Below are positions 47,547 to 61,249 of a DNA stretch of 64,000 bases, piece by piece. The stretch is from NCBI GenBank assembly GCA_002269645.1, contig NIVC01001600.1:1-64000 (forward strand), written 5' to 3'. A model generated the notes under the pieces. It had not been told where the DNA came from. It was given only the letters and a program-made list of their open reading frames with translations, and made no database searches. Within the stretch, counting starts at the first letter, position 1; each line of letters opens with the position of its first letter. The translations under genes and the position numbers were made by a program. The stretch is from Macrostomum lignano. Its lineage: Eukaryota.

Positions 47547-47853
47547 CTTTGTTTGTTTTGTGCTGCTTATAGACGCCTTGAACAATTAGCTAAGTTTGTG
47601 TGCGTTGTTTTTTCATGCCATTTTTTGTTGATTGTCTTTTTTCTGACATGCATCAGTTTCGTATTTTTATGAACCAGAATTGCTGCTTCTAATTTTCTGT
47701 GCCGGCAGTCGCGAAATATTGTTCGTAGTTTAATTCTTACTTTTTGCAGTGACAGTGTCCAACGGGTCTAGTATTATGTAAAATTATAAAACGGGGATTA
47801 GCTTAGATTCAACCTTAAGCGTTAACCCCTTAAAGTATTGGAATGTAAAAATA

Positions 47854-50311
47854 ATGCAGATATTGTCCCTTCTTGCCGGTGGTTTTGATCGAAATAATTT
47901 TAGCCCTTCCATCACTGGAATTCCAGCTATGAACTTCTCAAATGACGGCCCTTCCTCTGAGTCAGAGGCATCTCGATTGTCTAAGATGTCTGTCTCATCT
48001 GATAACAGTTATGTTTCCGACTATGACACTTCCATAGGCGAGTACAGCTCCTTGAGTTCTGCCAATTCTTCCCATTCTTGTTCAACACCGGTGTCTGATA
48101 AATCCGATGTGCAACAAGTATCTGCTGTGTATGATGATGCAAATGGCCAGGATAAAGAATTTGAAGACCAGCGGACTACAAATGATGCTCCAATAGCCTT
48201 TGATTTCGAGCTGGAGTCAGATGAAAGCAACTTCCTTGTGTCAGTATTTAAAGGCGAGGGCCTTTGTTTAGAGACAATTTGTGCGCTACTAAAGCTGTGG
48301 ACGATCCTGTCCTCTATTTCTGTACATGCTCTTGACAGGCTGCTACGCCTAGTCCGACTTGTTGTTCCGGGCGGTACATTTCCTGCTTCTTATGATGTTA
48401 TGGTGTCTCATTTGCGTCGCTCATTTGTTTTGAGAGAAGACTTCGTTATCAAATTATGCTCTGTATGTCTGCTTTTGAACTGTTGTGACCATCGTTCCGA
48501 TCTATTTGAAGGAATCTGGCTTTTGAATGTTGGTTACCAGATTGAAGTAATGGTTGATAAGCATTTCGATGTGCTCTTTGCATACCAAAATAGGCTTAGC
48601 CAGTGTTTCAGAACTGACGTACTGAACTCCGCAGTTGCATCCGAATTAGCCGGACAGGCACCTTCCTCAACATTGCATTTGTATTTTCTCCTGTCTGCAG
48701 ATGGAGCCAACTTCTTTAAAGCAGCGGATATGTCTATTTGGCCATTTTGTGCTATTTGTTTTAACTTACCTATCAAGTTGCGTCAGAAGTTCGCGAATAT
48801 AATTACTATTGCACTTTTTGCCAGTCGTGGGAAGCGGGATTTTGAAACTTACCTACCCATAATTATTGATCGTTTACCATCTGTTGTTAAGGTAAAAAAT
48901 ATTTCCTTTTATCTGCACTTCTCTTTTTTTACTTGCGATCTACCAGCTTTGTCTCATTTGTTTGGCATTAAGCAATTTAATGGGCGTTTTGCTTGCCCAA
49001 AGTGTATACTGCCAGGAAAAAGTATCAAGGTCTCCGAAAGAGGATCGATCACAATATTTCCATCTGTTGAAGGCATCGAATTACGGACTCCCCTTATGCA
49101 CAATAATCACTTGCATGTGCTGAAAACTCAAGGATTGCAATCTTTTTTTGGTGTGAAGCGGGCCGCTACTTTGCTTCGGATTGTAAAATTTCCCGATAAT
49201 TTTATCATCAACCCGATGCACTGTTTATGGGAAGGCCAAGTAAAGCACGTTTTAAGTTACTTAACTGATTCTAAAAACCGTAACTGCCGGTTTGTGCTTC
49301 GAACTCCTTCAATTAAGGCCATCGACAGCCAGCTTAAGTGCCTGAAGATGCCTCAAGGCATCGCGAATTTTCCACCATTAAGCAAGCTATCACTTTGGAA
49401 GGCCAAAAATTACAAACTTTTTGCGTTGTATTTGTTTCCTGTCATTCTTTTACCTCGAGTTGAAGACCAAGAATTTAGAAGCTTGTTGCTTCTTTTGCAT
49501 TCTATTTATGTCTTACTATATTCACCCAACTCGTGTGTTCTTACGTTAAAGCAGCTATGCAAAGTGTTTTTGCGACTTAGCCCTAAGTTTTTTCCGAGCG
49601 AATTCAGCTTTTAAACTTCCACTTGCTCAGCCATCTGCCAGCACAGTATGAGCGTTTTGGACCCGTTTATTCAGCGTCAATGTTCCCTTTTGAATCTGCA
49701 ATGCATTCTTTTAACAGAATGCACTTCGGCAGTCGCTTTCAAGCAAGGCAAATATGTGAGAATTTTGTCTGGTTAAACCTGCTATTGTACTCATTGCAAG
49801 GAAAGGAAGGCAAGGAATTGCCGAGGAAAATATTCAAATTTCCGATGCCCTATCTATTATTGCTCCAGATTACGTCGGTTCATCTAAGTCTAATAAGACC
49901 AGTGATGGGAAAGTTTTGAGTACAACTTCTAAAGACAATTTGCTGTCAACATGTAGCTCATTTTGCCTCACAAGCTCAGGCTCATTTTTTTGCATCACTG
50001 ACTGTCTTGGTGACTGTTTTACTGGTCAAGTTCTTATAAAATATTGCAATTTAATCGAGCCTCTATTTAGCCCAACGGCTCCTTTTTCAGTTTTTAATTT
50101 TGCATCGTCTGAACTTCATGAATTTGTTTGTTCTGATGTTCCACTTCATAATGTTTGTATTTTTCCATCTCTGCGCCTTGGCCAGCAGGCCTCTACTATT
50201 AGCTCGGCCGAAATTGTTGCTAGGTGTATAAAAATTAATGTTGATTTGCCGAATTTGCCCGCTGGTTGTTTTTGTTTGGTGCCCCTCTTGGAAGAGTGTG
50301 AGCATGATTGA
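47854..50311 (+). pseudogene. CACTA/EnSpm-type transposase, frameshifted near 49612 and ~49850
   Basis: LSADGANFF..SIWPF, CDLPAL..FNGRFACPKC, INPMH (D to N at a catalytic position), WKAKNYK, HLLSHL, FPFES. Confidence 0.9.
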
Positions 50312-52634
50312 GCCTTGAGTACTTAAGTCAATAGATTCAGTCAATAGTGTTTCATTTTGCTCTTTTTTGAATTTGTTGTATTCAAAATTTTTTGTTGTAT
50401 TTTGAATATGAAGTCATTTGTTGAATTTAGTGTAAATTTCCCATCAGGCAAAAAGCGCATGCCACGAGATGAAAATTTTTATAAATTTGAATTTCAATCT
50501 TTAATTACTCAAAAATTAACTGCTATTAACTAAAATAATTGCGAATATATAGTTGGCTAAACTTTTGTAGCTGCATTATTTTTAGTTACTTAATAAAGCA
50601 TCAACTAGTAGAGAGAGTCGTTGGCTACAGAAATTATAGATTTTGAAACTAGAAAACCTTATGAAAGTATTATTGTAGCCATAGCGCTAGAATATTACCT
50701 ACTGAAATCCCTAGTAAAATAAATGACTTTTTTCAATTAGCCAATTATTTTTCTGACAGTTAATTGTTAAATTTTTTAAACGGAATGATTGCGCCTTTAC
50801 TAATATTATTTGCAGTGCCAAATATATATTTCTTATGTGCCTAATTATGTACTCATGTTTTCTGCAGCGTTTCAACTAGCAAACAGCGAAGCGTATTTGT
50901 TTTCCAGGCTGACTTTTAAGTTTTTTTACCATTAGCTGTACGGCTAATTATTATTACTAGTCCCTTATTATTACAACTAACATAAATACAGTAATTAAAA
51001 ATGCATTATTCACACATTTTCAATGCATTATTTATGCATTAATTATGCATTATAATATATTATAATCGCATTACATCAGATTTAATGGCATTATAATGCG
51101 CATTTGAAATGCATTATTTTTGCATGATTCCCTACTAGGGTGTAAACCATGCTTAGAAAGTAAGACTAGACGAATAATTAAGGCACCAATTCAGAACTAT
51201 CCTGTAGTCAAACCGTTTTGTAGATTACACATAAATCTGATAGGACCTATTGGCCAAACTAGAAATTCAGAGAACAAATATGTACTTTCAGTCATAGACA
51301 GCACTAGCCAGTTTCCATTCGCATACGCAATTAAGAATCAGAAGGCTAAAACAGTTATCAAGATTTTGCAAGAACACGTTTTCGCTGATTTTGGGATTCC
51401 ACAATGCATTCACACAGACAAGGGAACACAGTTCACTGGTAGGGCCTTTAAGAAATTTTTAGACCTCCATGGCATTAGACGCACCTGAACAACTAGTTAC
51501 CATCCGCAGAGCAAATGGCTTAGTAGAAAACCTTAATAAGCAGATTAAATCAATTCTCGACTGTTTACTGGAGAAGAAGCATTCCAACTGGGACGTTCTG
51601 TTACCAGGTTGCATAACAGCTCTGAGAACCAGCACGCACACTGCCACAGGATTTAGTCTGCACTATTTAGTCTTAGGAGAGGCCAAAATGCCCTGCGAAA
51701 ATGAGCTGAACGAGCCAAAGCAGTTCCAAGTTTTGCCATCTTATGTCCAGGAACATTAGATGAATCTGCAGGAAGGCCAAGAACTAGCGAGAAAGAGATT
51801 AAAGTTAGTGAAACAAAACCGTGGGCAGGAATACTCTAATAAGCCTAAGCCGAAAACATTGCCTGTAGGAAGTTTAGCATTTATCAATAATCCAGTAATT
51901 GCCAACACAGAGGCTAAAAATTTTACAGAAAACAAAAGACCAGTTTACGAAATTGTAGAACAACTATCCGAAGTAGTCTTTAAGATGAGGCCAGTTAAAA
52001 AAATAAAAAAGCTAGAAAACAGGAACTTATTATGCATAGGGATAATCAAATGAGAGCACCACAAGTAGAGTATCAGGAAGAAGTTGGTGCTAAGCCAAAA
52101 AAACAGAGAAAGCAGTGCAGTAGGGAACAATTAACTAATCAGCCGAATGTGTACAACGAATCAGAAAGCGAGGATGAGTATGGAGATGCAGTGCAGTTCA
52201 CGCCAGTGCAAAGTCAAAATAATGCGCAGTTAATGCCAGAGCAAAATCAAAATAATGTGCATGTGCAGTTAGTGCCAGTACCAAATCAGCAAGTGCAGCA
52301 TCTAAATAACAATCAAAATAATCTATTAGGTGTACAAGGAGTTATGCCAGGACAATTGAATGATAACAATAATAATAATAATAATAATAATATAGGGAAT
52401 AATTTAAAAGCCAGACCAGCGAGAGAGCGTCATGCTCCAGATAGATGAACTGTTAGGCCAAGTCAGAAAAAGTTATGTACAGAGGATTCTTCAACCCATT
52501 CAACCTCTTACGGCTCAAGAGTTGAATAAACGATGGCCGACGCCCCACTCCGTAGCTACCCTAAGAAGATCTATGGCCAAAAGAGAAGGCACGAGGAGGA
52601 ACAAGAAGAGAACGAACCCCTGTGAATTAGGGCC

Positions 52635-53114
52635 GTGCATGTAGCAAGCAGCGAAGAAGACTGCAAGAAGCGGAAACAGGAGCTAAAAGAAGAAGGTAGC
52701 GAGCCAGAAGGGAATTTAGTCATTGATAGAGATTTGGAAGAGTTGGAGAGGGAGACCAAAATAGAGGAAGTAGAGTTTATAGATGAGATGGCGAGATTAA
52801 TGGAAGAGATCAGACAACATAAAGAGGGCCTCAACACGATCGAGGAATCGGATGAAGTAACGACAAGCCAACAGCCCGAAGGAATCGACTTTGCGGCTCT
52901 ACTCAGAGTGGACCTAGGCGAGGAGCAAGCCCCTGAGCAAAAAGATGACGAACCGCAGAACAGTCCTGGCACGCAGGAGATGAAGTTTCGCAATTGTCGC
53001 CGCGCCCTCAAGCGGTTCATCCTAGCGACAGGTCGAATAGGGCATTTCAAGGCCGATCTGCCGGGTCATTCTAAAAAAATGGTTAGTACGTTAAAACAAA
53101 CAAAAGCTTTATAA
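52635..53114 (+). CDS. Acidic unknown ORF downstream of Gypsy integrase
   Basis: 159-aa Glu-rich ORF with no recognised motif. Confidence 0.3.
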   Translation: MHVASSEEDCKKRKQELKEEGSEPEGNLVIDRDLEELERETKIEEVEFIDEMARLMEEIRQHKEGLNTIEESDEVTTSQQPEGIDFAALLRVDLGEEQAPEQKDDEPQNSPGTQEMKFRNCRRALKRFILATGRIGHFKADLPGHSKKMVSTLKQTKAL

Positions 53115-54410
53115 AACTTCTGAGATATTGAGAATGTCAAGAAAAATCAGAAGGCAAATTAATCTAATGTGTACGTTAGGAAGAAATACTTGATTTATAC
53201 ATAAAGCTTTACAAAAAGTTGCGAAAATAAGCCTATAACGGCAGTTTATCTTTATCGAGAAATTACTTTCCACGGATTGACTGACTATATTTTTACACAT
53301 TATTTAGTCTTTTGAGAGTATGTTTATTTGTTGTCTTAACTTGGTCGTATGTTTTTTGCAGATAACTATCTAATTTATGCGTTTCAGAGTACAGAAAGTA
53401 AAGATATTGTTTGCTGCTGTATTTTTGACATAGAAATATTGGCACTGAAATTTACAACTCTGAATTAAAAGCTTTTACGGACCACTTATACATGTCCTAC
53501 TTTTTTTCGTTGAAAAAAGTAATGGAAAATTTTGTTTTTTAGAGAACATTAGATGCTCACGTTAATGATTGTATCTGGACAGAATCGGCAGAGGTTTTTA
53601 TGAAAATCAATAAGTTCTTTACACAGGTCAATTTTCCCTACCACAAAATTGGTGCAATTCGAAATTCATTCTGACGAAACTAGAGGATTAAAATGCACGA
53701 AATTAATAATAACTACTCCTAACAATGGCACAATTAGGCATTTTTTATTTTTGGATTGCTTACTTGTATGAAATACAAATTGCAAAAAAATACAGAAAAT
53801 GTACACAAATGCTCATATTTTTGTAACCCGAAATTCAGCACGGTGACCTGGAGCAAACTGCAGATCTGAAACTTACCACAATAATAAAGTACATATGGGG
53901 TTAGAAGCATTTTTAGTCATTTCTGTTAAAAGTCGATACTTTTGGTATAAATGTACATAATGTGTGATTCATCACTTGTGTAGCTATACATGTAAGGTAA
54001 TACTATAAATTTACAACATATTTTAATGTTGTTATCATCTAGTTTTTTCTGTTTCTTTTGCTTCAATTAAAAAAATTAATTTTGATAGCTGAAGTTCGCA
54101 GAATTACTTATCACTGTCATTAAACTAACTATTTGTTCAAAGTATGCTAGTACAGTTACACTTATAAAAATTAAAACAGGACAACCAGCTCTATCAATAT
54201 TAAAATTTCTATACTGCATTTTAAGTCCTGTCTGTTTTGAGTATCAGAAAAAGTAGTGTATATAGTTTACAAATAATTTTCGAATTTTGAAGCTATAATA
54301 ATTTAGATGCATCTGCATGCCATTTTTCAGTCTAGCATACCATTTGAATATGCATGTACGCTCGTCCTCTAAGAATCGTTTATATGAAGACTTAAATAGC
54401 AAAATATCTA

Positions 54411-56233
54411 TTTTTTTTCATTTCATTTGGTAAGTAGGGGCTATCAAGGGGCCCTGCGCGTCAGCCCTGGGAAGGGCTATTACGCAATTAATTTATTTTT
54501 GGTTTCTAGTCTGAAAGATACATTGAGTATTTTATTCGAGTTTGAGGAAGTAAAACAAATATTTTCTAATACAATAATGACATTCTAAAAAATTAAAACA
54601 AATAAAAGGGTTCAACTAATCAATAGAGAGACAATTTAAAACAAATGATTGAATTTGAGTAAAACAGATAAATATGATTAGTAAACCTAAAACAAATATT
54701 GACGTGTAAATATATACAGTGAACCACAAAGCAAAAAAATTATTTTAGGTGAATTGGTTAATAAAAAATGGAGGCCAGATTCTTTACTACTAAAGAGAGT
54801 AGGTAGTCGCCACTGTGAAATAGGATCCTGCCGAAGTTTGTCAACCTTACGAAAACTAAGGATTCCCTGGGAGGACTAAGAGAATGTCGTAAGTATAGAG
54901 GTCCCTGCCCGCAGGGGAGAGTTTTGCAAACATGTTCGAATCGGCTAACCAGACAGCTGCACCCCAACAGAGCAAGCCCAACCGGTAAGTCTAACGTTCA
55001 GATATTTAGTCTTAATAATACTAATAGCTAGTGGACCTGGCTCCACAATAAACAGTATTTTGGGTGTATAGTGTAAAAACATGCTTGAGAAAGAGACTAA
55101 AAAAGTAATACTGTGAGAGGGTATAAACGTAAAAACAGGGTGAGATTAGTATTGTACTTTGAATGACAAGTGGTAAGCATAGCATTAGTATACCCGACCC
55201 CGGACTGAGGTGCTCGAGTTTTAGATAGAGTCATTTTAGCGTTATTCATCTCGTAATTTGTCTGAGTTTAGTAGTAAAGGGGACCCTGAATCCTGGCCTG
55301 GCCCATTCTTTGGTGTCATTCTTGAACCCATGGATTTCACTCTCCAGGGCTTTTTTGTACCATTTTTTAGCATGATAGAGGAGTCGATCCTGAACCATGG
55401 GCATCTTTGTGACCTGGTGTAAGTATGTGATTTTAGTATAAGGCGGAGCATCTAAAGAGAGGCGAAGAGCCTTATTCTGCAGAATTTGTAACTTGTTGAC
55501 AAGGGATGCCAGTAGATTGATGAGTACTGGAGCGCCGTAAGTCATTGTGCTCTCAATGTAAGATCTATATATGAGGCGAAGAGCCAGTTGTGAAATCCTG
55601 GAGTTTTTCGCTATCCTAGTTAGCGCAGCCATTTTGGCAGTGGAGGACCCAGCTACCTTGTCGATATGGGCCCTAAAGTTAAGCTGTTTGTCAAGAACCA
55701 TCCCTAGGAAGGTGACGGAATCATAGTACTTGATTTTGTCCTGTCCAAGTTTAATTGGAGGATCGTCTGGACCTGTTTTGTTCCCATTAGCTTTGAAAAA
55801 GGAAATGGCTTTACTTTTGGAGGGATTGATGACAATGCCCAAATTGTCAAGCCACTTTTTGAGGACAATGAAGTAGGAGTTAAGCCTTTTAGCGGACATA
55901 GTGGATTTTCTGGCGGAGGCCCATACTGCTAAGTCGTCAGCGAATTGACTAAAGCGGACCTTGCTGTCAGTAGGCTTGGGTATAGAGCTGGCGAAGATGA
56001 TAAAGAGCAGAGGCGAGAGCACCCCACCCTGCGGGACACCCGCCGCAGGCTGAAAGACCCCGCCCCGGGCTCCACCAACCACTAGCTCCACGGATCTGTC
56101 ATCCAGATAATTTGCTATAATGCGTGTCATGTTGTGCGGGATTTTACTTTTCCAGATTTTATATTTAAGGTAGTCCAGCCAGACTCCATCAAAGGCTCCT
56201 TTGACATCAAAGAAGACTCCCAACGTGTACTGC
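54411..56233 (-). mobile_element. 5'-truncated copy of the same LINE family (RT C-half + 3' UTR + tail)
   Basis: TSD GCAAAATATCTATT at 54399-54412 and 56232-56245 (12-14 bp allowing for microhomology); ORF nearly identical to the 10408-12009 protein. Confidence 0.95.
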
Positions 56234-56792
56234 AAAATATCTATTATATTATTAGGATAATCTTACATTCAATAGATTCCGGCTAAAATTAGATTAATTC
56301 AGTTACTTTCTGTCTGTCTACTTCTCAAAGTAGTGCATTTTGCGTCTGATTTATCAAAAAGAAGTGACGAATTATATACATATAAAGGAAATAAGGAACG
56401 ATGGAAAAGGGAAACATCGGTAGGATACTTGCTGTTCATATTAGCAGCGTTTGAAATAATGCTTTAATAACGACGAAACATTCAAGATTTCAGATCTCAA
56501 GTTCATTTCTTTAGTCTAAAATTCTAAATGTGGGATGAGTTTCATTTACATGTAGCTAGGCTAAACAGAATAACATTTGACTGATTCAGGAGCAAAAATC
56601 GGCGTACCAGCTGTAATCTGTCTCGTTATTGGAAGCAAAACTCCTAGTGAAAGCTGGACATGCAGCAGTATAAATACAAATATATAAGTACAAAAAGTAC
56701 AAAATATATATACAAAATATAAGTACAAATATAAAATACAAATAACAGTCTAGAATTCCAAGTAACCATGTCATTTTAAATTCCTTGCAGCC

Positions 56793-59012
56793 ATGCCTTT
56801 CAAATCAACCAGGCGAGAAAAGAAGCGAGAGTTTGATCGAAGGTACATCGAAAAGAAGTTTGGCGACTATAGCGGTTTTAGGGCTCATCGGAAGCAGCAA
56901 CGAATAGAGAAGTCTTTCATGCCAAAAGACACTAACACAGGAAAATAATGACCAAAATAACTCAGCTGTTTCTCGGTCTGAGGCTGCAAGAAAAAGAGAG
57001 CGAAGCAAGCTGAAGTTAAAGATAGAAGAAATTGCTACGAAGTTTGCCGCTTCTGAGAATCGTCGCAAGGTCTTGCGTCACAAGTTAAAAAAGGCCAACC
57101 AAGCAATAGCTGCTGCAAAAAATGCACAGAGATGAAGCGCTGAGCTCAAATGCCAAAATCATGCAGACGCTAGCAGCCGTTAGGCGCCAAAAATACTGTC
57201 GACGGTTGTTTCGTATGGTTTGTCGAGAAGTTGAGGAATCCAGTCAAAGAGACGTTGTAAAACTATTCGGGTTCACTCAAAAAGTTTAAAAGGAAAAATC
57301 TGCGAAGCGTGTAAGTATCCTACGAATGGCCGTGACAAACTTTCCTTGATGAGGAAAACTCTCGATCTAGTGCCTCCAAGCATGAGACCATCACCCGGAG
57401 AGATCCATGCACTAATGTGAGAGAAGAAGCGACAGAAGCGTTATCTGACGACAACAGTCCGGGCGCTGTACAACAAATTCATGATTGAAAATCCAAACGC
57501 CAAGATCAGTTTGGCAACCTTTTACCGATGGAAGCCATGGCATCTGGTACAGCCCCGCTTGTGCGATCGCAACCTCTGCATGTGTATGCAGTGCACAAAC
57601 TTGGAGCTGCTGGCAAAAGGCATGCACTCGGCAGGGCTGACCATCACCACCAACTTGCGTGATCTTCTAATTTTGATTGTCTGCTCTGACAAGTCAAATG
57701 CCTGCCTTTTGCGACAGTGCAACAAGTGTGTAAGAAAGTCGCCCATCACTTCTACGGCAGCAAGTAAGTCGGAGGTGACATTCCACGCGTGGCGACCATT
57801 GACTGGCGGCCGTAGTGGCGTTGAAGTCATCCGGGAGACTATGAAGAGTGAGGACGCTGTCAAAATGTTCCAACAACACCTGGAAAGATTTGCTGGTCAC
57901 CTGATGCGTCTCAGGAACCAGTGTTTTGCGATTCGTCGTCTAAAGTCGGCGCTGGAGCCCGGACATCTGGTGCTTCACGTCGATTTTTCGGAAAATTACG
58001 GCACCAAGTATAACAAGGAGGTGCAGGCGACCCACTTTAGGGACCAGGAGCAGATTGTAATTCACCAGGACGTTGCGTACATAGCGGGCCAGTCACCGCG
58101 CTCCTTTGTGTCCGTATCTGGTGAACGCCAGACTGCTGATGCTATTGCCGCTCACCTGCAACCAGTTATCCGCTTTTTCAAGCAGAAGTTCAGTGACATG
58201 GGAACGCCACTTACACGCATCTCTGTAATCTCGGATTCACCATCGAGCCAGTACAGAACATGCTTTATATATTCCATCGGCTGCTACTCCGCTTAGAAAT
58301 TTTTAACTGGTAGTGGATCTACACAGAAGCAGGGCACGGCAAAGGTGCGGCTGACGGAGTCGGTGCTGCTGTGAAGCGCCGCTGTGACCTTGTGGTGGCA
58401 ACAAGCAGCAACGTTGTGACACCAGAAGATGTCTTGGATGCTTTTAAGACTGACAATGCACTGGGAGTGCTGACGTGGCACGTAGAAGCTCGCGACATCG
58501 AGTTCACGAATGTGTTGCTCATGCTGAACCTGAATAAAATGCCCGGGGCTTCAAAGATAAACCACGTCTGGAAGTCTGAGCGAGGTATTGAATACAGGGA
58601 CCTTTCGTGCGTCTGTCCAGCATTAGTATCATGCACGTGTGACGAGCCAAAGGTTTGGGAGCCGCTCAAAACAGCAAAATCGACCCGGCGACTGAGGCTT
58701 GTTAGTCCAGCAGTTGCTAGTGCTGATGCTGATGCTGCTGCTGGCAGTGATGCGCGTCGAGGTCGAAGCAGTGGACGTGGTCGTGTCCGTGGACAGGGCC
58801 GTAGACATGAAGGGGTGAATAGCCATGCAGCTCTAGAAGTTGAGGTATGTCAGGCGGATGTCTGCCTAAAACCAAATGATGCAGTGCTACAGTGGATCCA
58901 GTGCGATGGCTGCGGGCGCAAGTCACACTGTGAAAGAGCTGGCTTTCCCCCAAAAACTAAAATTTTGTCCGGAGCATACTTTTGCTCAGTTTCATGCGCC
59001 GTAGAGCCATAG
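56793..59012 (+). pseudogene. Sola2-like DDE transposase with C-terminal PHD-like finger (frameshifted)
   Basis: ISLATFYRWKP, CMCMQC, VLHVDFSENY..EVQATHF, ISDSPSSQYR, EAGHGKGAADGVG..KR; terminal C-x4-C..WIQCDGC..HC..C-x3-C. The Sola2 label is from recalled motifs. Confidence 0.7.
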
Positions 59013-59257
59013 TTGTTTTTACTTGCATGTGGACAATTTGTCAGCTAATGTCAAAGCTGCCCTTCCTTGGAACAGATCTCACAGGGAACACGACTTACAT
59101 GTGAGTAAAATTTGCTTTTGGTGTAATTAAGAATTCAGCAAGGCGGTAGGCGCATTTAAAATGGCGTGTACAATACTAGCAAAGAGTGAGAACCATGTGT
59201 GAACTCTCAGAGTATATTTTATATTATTCTGAAAACATTATAATATAGGGCTGTAAG

Positions 59258-59855
59258 TGTTACCCCCACATGGCCCTTATGTTATTTCACAAAAACATAC
59301 AAATATCACATCACAAACCATCACAAAAGAAGGGGGTTCTTCTGTTTAGAGGATTAATCCCACTTATTGTTACCAAATTCCTTAGGCGACTGGGGTTTTC
59401 CAAAAATTGTGGGGAGAATTTCTATTTCTAATAAGAGTGTACTTTAAGGACACTGGTAGCGTTTCAATGCCCGAGCAGTAAGACACTATTTATATCTAAA
59501 TAGTAAGACATCCTATTTAGATTGGAATTAGCTATTAGGATAGGAACAAGGCGGCGGACTAAAGTTGCCTTGAAAAAACGGGACGCACTACTTTAGGAGA
59601 CTCTATTGCCTAATAGGGAATACCGGTGGGGAATGACAGGGTGCTATTGCTGGATCGAACGTCCTTTAGAGAGGAGGGCAGTACGCCTAATAGACAGGAG
59701 ATCTTGGAGATAGACAAGACGCCTGGTAGACAGTACATCTGGGGAATAGGCGGAACGCCTGTCAGAAGTCTGGGGGATTAGGCAGGACGCCTGTGGGTCT
59801 GTACTGTACACCATGGGGGGAGAAAAAGGTGGCAACACGCCCACTATATTGAACA
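59258..59855 (-). mobile_element. Solo-LTR-like segment
   Basis: TGTTAC at 59258 with GGCAACA (59837) or GAACA (59855) as candidate other ends; carries the shared hairpin motif; no TSD found. Confidence 0.45.
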
Positions 59856-60192
59856 AAATGTTTTTCTGGGGAAGAGGGACAAAACGACCATGAAATAAAG
59901 AGCAATGACTAAACTGCTATTTTCAGAACAAAAAGTCGACACTCAAATGAGGCACGAGCCTAAGGCAAGCAAAGTTAGTTTCCATTATATTTTTTTATTA
60001 TATTTATAGCAAGAAAAGCGGGGTCGATGGTGCTGGATACATTAAAACAAAATAGTGTGTATTAGTGCTTTTAAAAATAGTTCGATTACTAAAAGTTATA
60101 AAAAATGTGAAAAAAGTAAACTTTATACGTACATAATTTGTATGGTTTTAAATAGAGATATACTAAAAAGAAAGTTACTGATGCAAAACTAT

Positions 60193-60584
60193 TGTGACGT
60201 AGCGAGTTCGAGATGTAGTCAGTGATTAATTAATTATTTGTTAATTATCTATTAGTTATTTATTTATTGGTTAGCTAGTTTAATTATTAGTAGTGTTGAC
60301 ACGCATGGTACGAGACAAAATGCCGAGTAGCGGAGAGAACAAAAACGAGCGCGAGCAACAATTTAAATTGGCGGGGAAAACCGGTTCATTTAAACCTAAG
60401 ATGTCTATCAAAAAAAGTAGTAATAACTTGGACTTAAATAAATAAAACTTCAAGTACATTTTTTCTAAATAAGTTACATTAAATTAATAGCTGGGAAACC
60501 TGCAAATTAATCAACTACAATAATTTTAAGTAATAAAAACTCACATAGAAACTAAAAATTTAAGATGCTAACGACGTCGTCACA
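60193..60584. mobile_element. Solo LTR, 392 bp
   Basis: TGTGACG...CGTCACA termini and 4-bp TSD CTAT (60189-60192, 60585-60588). Confidence 0.8.
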
Positions 60585-61249
60585 CTATACTATTTGAAAA
60601 TATACATAATGAGAGAGGCCAAGTTTTAAATTCCCGCCTTTACTATGGAAACGTATATTTTTAGAATTTTTTTTAAACGCGTCTTGTTCCCCACCCCAAT
60701 TTTCCTATAAATACAAGCAAATTTTGCGCCCAGAGAGGCAACCGAAGTTTAGATCTTTTGGTTCATAGGTGAATTGCCTATAAAAATCGAAGAAGTGTTC
60801 CAAACCTTCCTTCATTTGATAAAAACTAAGAGCGAATGCTCATTGGACTAGAGGTAGAAATTACCAAGAGTAAGAGACGAATTGTCGAAGAGCCAATAGC
60901 GTACTAGCAAAAAGCAGAGGCGTAACCAGCCAATAGAAAGAGGAGAAATATCCAAATAAACTGTTCGAACTGAACAACCAATGGAAAGTCGTATATGACA
61001 AAAGAAAATCCGTAAGAGGAAATTGAAATTCACCGGGCAAACTCGATCCATTGGAGGACGCTGCTAGAGGACTTAGTCACCCCCTTTCTCCTAGCTAAAC
61101 AGTGTCTTGCCGCTCGGGCACTGCGCGCTACCAGGGCAATCCGTGCTTACGTGAAAGCCCATAGTCTTACCTCAGTAACACCGTATTTTAGTAGCTCATA
61201 ACGAATTTAATAAGCTAATATAATAAAATTATAGAATTATAGCCAAACC

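Larger units (their letters stand above)
43106..51140 (+). mobile_element. Complete 8035-bp CACTA/EnSpm-like transposon
   Basis: Perfect 34-bp TIR CCCTAGTAGGGAATCATGCAAAAATAATGCATTT; 2-bp TSD TG (43104-43105, 51141-51142); ATGCATTAT subterminal repeats. Confidence 0.95.
42690..52450 (+). mobile_element. Gypsy pol remnant (post-RNase H linker + integrase) split by the CACTA element
   Basis: GHLGRDKTYQRIKTRFW..YVAKC | KPCLESK rejoins the HHCC finger; core with IDSTSQF, IHTDKGTQF, NGLVENLN; tail RPARERHAPDR. Confidence 0.9.

Noticed and set aside
47373-47585. Minus-strand 70-aa ORF
   Set aside because: It is the antisense of a plus-strand terminal exon with a clear acceptor at 47376.
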